Shown here: piece by piece, positions 54,810 through 64,000 of the stretch
Layout of the letters: each line of letters begins with the position of its first letter
Position numbering within the stretch: the stretch's first letter is position 1
NCBI GenBank assembly: GCA_012026655.1
Contig: JAAILG010000703.1
Coordinates: forward strand, 1 to 64,000
Origin: Hydrolagus affinis
Lineage: Eukaryota
DNA: 64,000 bases
Direction of reading: 5' to 3'
Translations under genes and position numbers: made by a program
Notes under the pieces: model-generated
The model's database searches: none
Told to the model about the DNA's origin: nothing
Seen by the model: only the letters and a program-made list of their open reading frames with translations

Positions 54810-55930
54810 AACTTCAACGGCTTCTCCTCTAGCACCCGCATTGTCACCTGTGGCGTCCCCCAGGGCTGTGTCCTTGACCCCCTATTTTTTAATATCTACA
54901 TGCTCCCCCTTAATGACATCATCCGCAGACATGGGGTCAATTTCCACATGTAAGCAGATGACACCCAACTCTATCTTTCTGCCTCTACCCTTGATTCCAG
55001 GACCATACTGTCTTGACAGACTGTCTGTCAGACATCAAGCCTGGATGAGAGCTAACTTTCTACAGTTGAATGTCAACAAGACCGAAGCCCTCCTGATTGA
55101 CTCATGCCAGTGCCTTCAAGCATCAGGCGCTGGCAGCATCAACCTCCATGGTTGCACACTCACTCTCACCAAGCCAGTCAGGAACCTCGGTGTCTTATTC
55201 GATCCGCAACTGTCTTTCCTCCCCCACATCCAAGCAATGACCCGCTCTGCCTTCCCTCACCTCCGCAATATTGCCCGTCTCCGCTATTACCTCATCCCCA
55301 AGGCCGCTGAAACCTTCATTCATGCTTTCATCACATCCCGGCTCCACTACGCCAATGCCCTGCTTGTCGGCCTTCCCAATTCCTTCCTCCATAGGTTGCA
55401 ATTAATCCAGAATTCTGCGGCCCATGTACTCTATCGCTACAAGCATTATGACACCATCTCCCCACCCTTGCCCGACTCCATTGGCTCCCCATCACTCAGA
55501 GGATCCAATTCAAGATCCTGATCCTCAAATTCAAAGCCCTCCAGTGCCTCACCCCACCCTACATCCGTGACCTCCTAAGCCCCTACTAACCTGCCCGCCC
55601 CTTCTGCTCAGTAGGCTCCGTTATCCAGCCTGCTCCACGTCCCCCGACCCATTCACCCCACCATTGGCGGGCGAGCCTTCAGCCACTCTGCCCCCCAACC
55701 TCTGGAATTCCATCCCGCAGTCCATCCATCTCGCCCCCTCCCTAGCCTCCTTCAAATCCCGCCTCAAGATCCTCCTCTTTGACGGTCCCATCAGTCACCC
55801 CAAATCCCCCCCTTTCCCTCGACCCTCCCACTTCCCAACCCCAGCTCGGGTCTGAAACAATGACTGTCTAGCACCTTGAGACATCCTCCCGACATGAAAG
55901 GCACTACACAAATGTAATTTTGTTATTGTT
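54810..55930 (+). mobile_element. 5'-truncated L2 LINE with RT remnant
   Basis: GVPQG motif (ggcgtcccccaggg), *ADDTQL, WMRANFLQLNVNKTE, HAFITSRLHYANALL; full tail. Preceded by a CR1 tail at 54690-54805. Confidence 0.9.
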
Positions 55931-58879
55931 TCATAACTGTGGCAATTGCATAAATAATAAATGGATAGGTACAGCACAGAGAGAATTCCAACAGCAACAA
56001 TCTAAGAACACTGTGCAGGAAATGGGGAAGAGACCACTTGGTTCAATGCTGCAATTTGCAGGAGAAGATACCCTGAAAACTCCCCATGGTCTCTACACCG
56101 TAGACTGATCATTATCCGCAGCAAATGGACAATAAATGAAGAATACTGCTTGTGAACAGAGAACCGGCCACCTGTCAATTTAGTGATAGCAGTAATACAC
56201 CACCCCCATGGAGTACATTGGAGAACTATTGCAGGACCCTTATTTATAATGATTGTAACTGGAACACTAATCCAAGTTGTTGTTTTTGTTTATTTGCTAA
56301 ACAAGATAACATTTCCTCAAGATGACGAATTTAGACTGCTGGGTAGATACTCCAGAAAGCAAATTGCAATTCTGTTGAACACAATTTGTAACATTTTAGT
56401 TCAAAGGTAGATAAATGCTTTCTTTAAAATACTGAAAAGGAAATCATTTGTCAATGAGAAAACAACAGCTGAAAGCACATGGCTATGAAGGACAAATGCA
56501 ATTTGTAACCTTGTACTGACTGCAACAATATCAATATGGAGTAGCAAATGCAATTTAAACATTCCACATCACAATCAAGAGGCTCTATCTTACAACCCCC
56601 ATCTTACAATGTACTCATCATTGATGTATAATTGTACAAATAATAGAGATGAGCAGATGTCATAAAGTATTGTCAGGCAAGCATATAAATGATTTTTTAA
56701 ATACAAAATAAAAATAGTTCATGACTTGATTATTCAGCAGAGTTTGTGGATAAAAGTAAATATTAGCCAAAGAAAATAAACTAAGTCTTTTTCCCTTTAA
56801 ATGTGAATTCAAACACCATGTTAGAATAGAAAATAAAGTTCTTCATCAAGATATCTCTAGAAACCATTACATTCTGGTACTTTCTACATACTAACTTGAA
56901 ATAGATTTGCACATTAAACATACCTAAATAAAATTAGCATTAAAAGAGGTTTGATTTGATCTCACCTTTGCAGAATACCTACTCGTTGTCCTCCCATTTA
57001 CAGCATTTTTTAAAAAAAAGTAAGTCCAAGGTCCAGGTTTCAATCACCATCCAGGCAACTCACTCGGGTTGTTATTTACCCTCGCAGGAAATATATTTCC
57101 CAGTGCTAGTCGTGAAATTGCCCTTTGCAACCTTAAACCTGGGCACACTTGTTTTGCTGTCTCCTAAATTATGATTATAAAATGTCTTCATCTGACTTCC
57201 ACTCTACTGAAGGAGGTCTGTACAGAAGAGTCAAGAGTAAGGCGCCCAGTTTAGATTTTCCTCCCTTACCCAGGCTAAAGTCAATTATAGCACCCAACAA
57301 CTTAGATCAGCTGAAGCAGCAGTAAGGATTGAAATCACTGATTTGTCTGGTCAAGGCTGTTACCCATGTGGCCACCAGGAGTAGAGGTAATATCTATGTT
57401 ATATTTACATGGTGTGAATTAGCTACCGTGATATTTAGATTTTCTTTTTTTGGTTCGGAAAAAGAATATTTGAAAATACTATCCTTAACCCCATCTATTC
57501 AGACTTTTACACTATGATTACACTTTATCACATTAGGGTAAATAAAGAACATTGTGATTGCCTATGCAATGCCACAAAAACATCCTTGTCAGTCTACTTA
57601 TAAATCCTGTCGTGTCACAAACTTTCCATGTCTATTCAAAAGTTTAATAAAGAGGACCTACAACTTAAATTTGTTTAAATTATATTATTTAGCACCATTA
57701 TCCAACATTCACTGTAACCACACGCCTAATATACAGTAGCATAGAAAACACATTGCCTGATTAAAGTGGAGTATTGTACTTACTTTGAAGCCATTCTCGA
57801 TACCGCACACCACACCACATATTCCAGATGTCAAAATGAAAACAAATCAACCTAGTTCATCCAACATAAACTGACTAAACCGTTCTCATTCCTGTTATTG
57901 TGACAGAGACCAACAAAATAAAATCCAATTTTGTTTTCTAAGTAAAATGAAGGACAGAAAGTAATATCTTTCACAACCCGCAAGGAAGTTTATGGCCACC
58001 AAAACAAAAGCGGACTATAGCTTAAACCCGCTGGTCAGGAAACCAAGCACTGGAGAAAGGAAGCACTTTTAGCCTAATTAATTAACCGGTTATGTACAGG
58101 ACATTCTTCGCAATATTCATATTTAGGAAGGTAACAAAGGGGATATAATACTTTTGGATGTGTCACCGAAACAAGAAGTGTTTTTGAATATAATAAGTAC
58201 TGTATTCAATTGCCCATTAAACAATAAATTGAGCACATCATCATTCATAATTCTGATGATAACAGTTGATCAATAAAAGGAAGATAAAGTCCCAATTTTT
58301 TTCCAAAGCCAAGGTCATTCACATTCCAGTATGACATTCACAGCAATGAAAACTTTCACTGACTTTACAAAAACACAGATATTCATGAGGATAAGGAAGC
58401 AGTGGTTACCGATTTAGTTAAAAGCAGTTTTGACCTGGAGTAGTGAAGGTTATATTGATGTTCATCCTGTTTTTATGTCTCTAGATATAATAAGATCACA
58501 GAACTAGGGAAGGGAGGGGTGAGAGAATGGAGAACAATTTATTTTTAAAAAAGCATCTGATGCAAAGTGCTGAGAGCTATGTGGGCCTGGTTACTCCCAT
58601 GGAGTACACAAGCAGAAATAAATTAATTGAGATAGAGCCCCATGAGGGAGCTGAATAGATTCTTGTTCTCTTCTAAATTGACATTCTTGCTCATTATGTA
58701 ATTTTGCTAAAATGGAGCTTGAATTTCTTAATCCATGCTAAAATATAAGATATTTTTTGCAAGACTTCCTCCCTTCCCCTTTGGTTTGGAGACTGTTAAG
58801 CATGGTGATGGGTTTCCGAAAGGGTTTCTTTCAATGTTCGTCATCACAAAATAAAGAGGTCAGATTTTAATGCTATTTT

Positions 58880-59142
58880 AGTGGTCTTACAAGCGAGTGG
58901 ACCTGGGTTTGATTCCCAGACAGAGCAAAACATTGGGTAAATTTCTTTACTCTCATCACGCCCCATAATAATTTGGGCACTCAATCCATGAATTAGAGTG
59001 GGACATTGCTGTGAGTAATTAGGAGCCTACAAAATATGCATTCAATTCACTTATATTATCACTTATACAGTATATTCTGTGAAGTGTTTTAAGATGTCTC
59101 GAAGTGATAAATTGCTATATAAATGAAAGGATTATTATTATT
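58880..59142 (+). mobile_element. tRNA-derived SINE, short form
   Basis: cttacaagcgagtggacctgggttttgattcc...(ATT)n. Confidence 0.7.
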
Positions 59143-59249
59143 GTTATATATCAGACATCCAGCTGATCAAAAAGTCTCCATCAAGGCCCACTCAACGGCC
59201 TTGATAAAAAGCATTCTGAACAGTACATTACAAAGTTGATTTCAAGGTT

Positions 59250-59530
59250 GCATGTCCTAACCCTGCTCTGTGTTCAACCAGGATTACAGTTGTGGTGCTA
59301 TAATTGACCTCAGCTCTCCAAAAGGAGAATTCCAAACCAAAAATCAGGTTTCCATTCCTGATTACGATTTGTCCACGCTATAAAGTCCCTGGGTGTGAAT
59401 TAGAAAAGGATAGGATTAGGCTTAGCTGTAACGAATCTGTCCTCTTCCCAACCATCAGATCATCAAATAGCCTACCAATATGCACAATCAAAGCTCACAT
59501 ACCCTTTGGGTGGTATGCTAAGTAATGGGG
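59250..59530 (+). repeat. Very old SINE-like dispersed repeat (related pieces at 47960-48085 and possibly 57180-57380, minus strand)
   Basis: Weak visual similarity (aggataggattaggcttagctgt...aagctcacat vs aggactggtttggaataagctgt...aggctcacac); family not named. Confidence 0.35.
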
Positions 59531-60879
59531 AACTAGGCTAAAGAGGAGTGTGGGGGGGGGGGGTCAAATGACATCAGAATAAGGCGAGAGATTTGACACT
59601 ATCTACAAAACACATTTAACACAAACTACTGTGATTTGTAAATGCTACAGAGGTACAGTGCTTTGAAACAAAAGGTCTTTCTGCCTAGTGGGCATGTTAG
59701 ACAATCAGTAATACACTAAGTGTTCTGTTCCTTTAAGTCATTCCCATTAGACTACACTGTGCTTAATGATACAAATACAATTATAGTAAACCAGCTAGAA
59801 CCTCCGAAATCACGCAATGCAGTTCCCTTTGCTAACTTTCAAAAATCCATTCTCATCATGAAACTTTTTAGATGTGCTCAAGGCACTTCTACCTCAGCAA
59901 TGTGATCTGAACCATTACTCTCATGTCTACTAACTCTGTTTACTAACCTCCACCCAGTGGATAATATGCTTCCACACTTCTACCTGTTTCTCTTCACAAC
60001 AAGCCACGAAGACATGCGTATAATTCTTGGGGCTGAAGCACTGTTTAGAGATCCTTAGTGGAATGGTGGGAAAAAAGAGAAAATGGAGACTATTTTCACA
60101 TTTAATACCCACGAATTGTCAAATAAAAAATATAGCCTGATCCAATAGTTTCAGGGGGTGTGGTGCATGACTAAATTCACTTATTATTTGTTTAGCAGGA
60201 ACATCATTTGCTTCTATATATAGGGTATCTTGGTCTGAAGCTTGTGGGACATATTTTATGCATATGATTTTTTGACATACGACACACGGCCATTTCCCTC
60301 AGTTTTGTTGTACTGTGGTTTTATGGGTGTGTGGGCTTTTGGACTTTGCACTTGGGCTTACACTGTACAATTTAAGCCAAAAGCAATACTAGAATTTAAG
60401 ATTATATTTATTATAGTGTCTTCGCATTGCTACACGTTCAGGTTAATTTCTTTGAAAATTAATGGAGACTGCCTGGACTCTTGCAAATATGTAATAAACA
60501 GTTCATAGTATCAGCTTGTGCCAGGAAATTAATGACTGTATATACATGTTACAAAATGTCCTAATCTACTGGGAGTCCTAACAGGAAAAAGGTTAACAAT
60601 GGAAGGCAGTAACATCACTTCAGCAGCAAAATACAGTGTTCATCATTTATTGCAGGATGCTATTCTGATTCGGAAGAACATTTAACCATTAGTGAATTAT
60701 CGTAATAGAGTAGCTGATAAATATCAATCTACGCAATTGTGTCGTAATTTTACTCACAGATAGGGATATCACCTCAACCCTATGACCTTAACTATAGACT
60801 TGGTGGGGACTTCAATTTATGCATACAAAAGGCATTGTAAACCAGGATACACAGATGATACATATTGCATGTATGATTA

Positions 60880-61242
60880 AAAAACAAAGCCCTGGTGACC
60901 TATTCCAGAATACCCATTCTAGCATCTTCCCATTATAGCATTGATATTTTCCTTTAAATGATTTCAGTGCCCAGGATTCAAACAACCTTCCTGTTAACCT
61001 TATCAGCTGTTGATTACCCCTTTGGGGACAGAAATACATCCTGGCATCTATCCTAAACTTGTCCTTCACAGTCTTGAACTCTTTGTCTTGCTGCCAGACT
61101 AGAACACTGTACTGTTTCTGGTGTTTCACCCCGCCCAAACACTCCCCTCCCAGCTCGGGTCACACGCCCCCTGTGCAGCGCCTTGGGACGTCCTCCCGAC
61201 GTGAAAGGCGCTCTATAAATGTAATTTGTTGTTGTTGTTGAT
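60880..61242. mobile_element. Degenerate CR1 fragment (minus, 60880-61075) and L2 tail (plus, 61120-61242)
   Basis: ORF fragment KDKFRIDARMYF.PQR; L2 tail agcgccttgggacgtcctcccgacgtgaaaggcgct. Confidence 0.65.
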
Positions 61243-61349
61243 TTGAGCTCAATGAATTTGTCAATGTAGCCTAAATTAAACAATAATAAGTGAGATACAG
61301 GTTGTGTCTTGCATCATTTTTTAAATGAAGATGATAAACTCCAATCAGT

Positions 61350-61850
61350 GGAGTCCTGTAGCGTATTGGTTGGAACACTTGCCTCGTAAGCAAGAGGACA
61401 TAGGTTTGAAGCCCCGCCAGAGTGAAACATTAGACAAGCTTCCTTACTTCTCTGTTTACCTAGCAGTGTGTAGGAACTCATTTGTTAGTCGAATGGTGAA
61501 GCGCTTTTCCGGGAGTAATAATCAATTAAAAAAAATTAACAAGATGTAACCATAATTTGGTCATTCAATCCACGACTGTTTGTGGTACACTGCCATGCGC
61601 AATTGGCTGCCGGGTTTCATCCACAATAGATAGTCAATTCACTATACAGTACAATCTGTGAAGTGCTTTGAGACGTCTAGAAAATGTGATAAAGCACTAT
61701 ATTGAAGTACTGTAGATCAGTGGTTAGAGCACTCGCCTTACAAGCAAGAGACCTGGGTTCAATTCCCAGCTGGCGAAACCTTGGACAAGTTTCCTTACTC
61801 CATACGCCGGATCCACAAGCTATATCAAATGCGAGGATTATTATTATTAC
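61350..61850 (+). mobile_element. Long-form SINE (61350-61702) followed directly by an internally deleted mini-SINE (61708-61850)
   Basis: Two consecutive tRNA-like heads; the second jumps from ctccatacgcc almost directly to gctatatcaaatgcgaggattatt. Confidence 0.8.
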
Positions 61851-62504
61851 ATACATGGTATGTAGAGTATTCATATTGTAGTTTTCTAAATTAATTATGT
61901 TAACTTTCCTTAGTTAAAAGTAGGTGTAAAAATATTTGACTTAATCTTCCCGACTGTGATTCAATTTCATAGTTTCTTGACATCTTAAATGCAGCCTTTT
62001 ACACACAGGAATTCCTTCTGATAGAGGATCCCGTCATTCAATTCATTTACCAAGACTGCCCTCAGTCAGTGTGACTTAGTTTTTTCTACTGCCTCAAATC
62101 TTTTAGTTCATAAATGACAAAAGAATAAAGCAAGAACAGAAATCAGCACTTATTTTCTGTCTCTAATCACTAAATTCTATTCAGTTACAATCACTTTATC
62201 TTCTCAACCTGTCCAACAGTTGAACCTAATACAATATATGCTAAATAAGCACATTTGATATTGCACCTTATCACACTATAAAACCTTCTAAGAAATTTCA
62301 GAATGTTTCTATAAAGCATAGTAGCAAGAGCAGCAGCATCCATTGATAATAATAATCCTTGCATTTGGTATAGTGCTATATTTATTTACAGTCGATGAAA
62401 AGCAAGCCTTCAATCAGCTATGAAGTGAATAACCCATTTTATCTGAGAGATTGTTGCCTAGGATACTGGGAGACAGTGGAAAAACGACAAAACATTTAAA
62501 AATA

Positions 62505-62697
62505 CAAAACACAAAATACTACAGATGCTGGGAATCTGAAACAAAAACAGAAGTTGCTGGGGAAACTCAGCAGGTCAGGCAGCATCCATGGAGAGAGGGA
62601 AAATGAGTCAACATTTCGGGTCTACAACCCTTTGTCATTTTCCCTTCTCCATGGATGCTGCCTGACCTGCTGAGTTTCCCCAGCAACTTCTGTTGTT
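62505..62697. mobile_element. Fold-back/Penelope pLTR-like element with near-perfect arms
   Basis: Arms 62546-62606 and 62635-62694 are exact reverse complements except for one indel. The loop on the minus strand reads gggt-tgtag-accc-GAAA-tgtt. Confidence 0.8.
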
Positions 62698-63504
62698 ACT
62701 TAAAAATACAGAACTGGTTTCAAATTCCAACACTTCCTATTGACTGTCATAACTGACAACAGCTTGATTCCATAAATTAAACAAAAATACAGGGGGCTGA
62801 AATTATACAACATTATTCCTGTATGCATCAGATACACTGTATAGTATTTTTGTTTAATGAGCATAAGCACTGGACACATCTCCTACACTTCCTTAAAAAT
62901 AAACAGTATTTCATTAATAATTCCACAATGAGAAGTGGTGCGGCATCTTCAATAAAACCTTACATCATCTTTAAATCAGACTTAAGGTTTGATTTACGTG
63001 TTAATATAATGCTTTGCTCAGGTTAACCACACTGACATTCAAACACAATGTGCTCCCTAAAGCCTAATCCTAAAGGCAGTGGTTTTCCCATGAGTAATCC
63101 TGGATCCTTAACTTAACCCTGGAGTAAGCCCTGTGGGAAGGTGCAAACTAATGCCAAAAAACTTCTACCGTGCAAGTTGCAAATTACCAGAGGAAGTACA
63201 GGTGCAGAGCAGAGGCTTGGTGGGTCTCTACAGGTAGGTAGAGGAGTAAGGGGAAAACAAAGTCAGTGATCAACTCTATTGAGGCAGCTGTGCCTTGTAA
63301 ACAGTAGTGCATAACAACCAGTGGTTTCCAGAAACCATTAGATACACTTGTTGGGTTTGTCATCACAACTTATTGCTCTGGGGGATCTGAGGTGCATGCA
63401 AGCTCCCTGGATTTCATCAACAATGGCAGCCTCACCATGGTAGCCCTTCTACTTAAGTCAAATAATGATTTCTGCAAGGATAAAACTATATTGTATTGTA
63501 GTGC

Positions 63505-63757
63505 ATCTGGAGCTTGTGGATAGAGCACTCGCCTTACAAGCGTGAGACCTATGTTTTGAATCCAGGCAGGGCAAAACCTTGGACAAGTTTTCCTTACTCC
63601 ACACGCCTAATACTAATCCATCCCCCAAAAAAACTATTATAAATTGGTCGTTTCAATCCACGACTGTTTGTGGGACACTGCTGTGCGCAATTGGCTGCCA
63701 CATTTTGCCCACAAATACACAGACAAATCACATCACAGTATATTCTGTGAAGCGCTG
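63505..63757 (+). mobile_element. tRNA-derived SINE, short form, 3'-truncated
   Basis: agagcactcgccttacaagcgtgagacc...tattctgtgaagcgct. Confidence 0.8.
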
Positions 63758-64000
63758 TGTAAATTGTAAATTGAAGTTGTTGTTTAATACACAATTGTAA
63801 TAGCCAGTACTTACATTTCTCAAGGACATCAGTCCCTCTCTTTCCCCAACCCCTCACCAGTCTCCATTTGTTTCAATACTGAACTAGCTACCAAGACAAG
63901 TTCCTTGTGTTTTTTTTAAATAATCATGAAAGCAATCCAAGCAATCCAATTCACACAGAACAAACAGTGCAAGAGTCTTGGGTTTGACACACTTTGTTTT

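Overview
Vertebrate nuclear DNA, probably from a cartilaginous fish (chimaera/shark-type repeat content; inferred, not verified). The window appears to lie inside one large minus-strand gene of the SYNGAP1/DAB2IP/RASAL2 RasGAP family, most likely DAB2IP. Two coding exons are clear (37382-37503, 122 nt; 29066-29195, 130 nt) and splice in frame across an 8.2 kb intron. The rest is intron filled with decayed L2 and CR1 LINEs, a tRNA(Ala)-like SINE with an L2-type tail, older DeuSINE-like remnants, Tc1/pogo-type and hAT-type MITEs, and short fold-back elements resembling Penelope pseudo-LTRs with degenerate hammerhead-ribozyme motifs. I found no intact transposon ORF, RNA gene or CRISPR array. Best leads: the hammerhead/fold-back family, a candidate alternative first exon near 47.4 kb, the paralog-mosaic N-terminal exons, and the chimeric SINE. 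Repeat boundaries and family names were judged by eye and from memory, so they are approximate.
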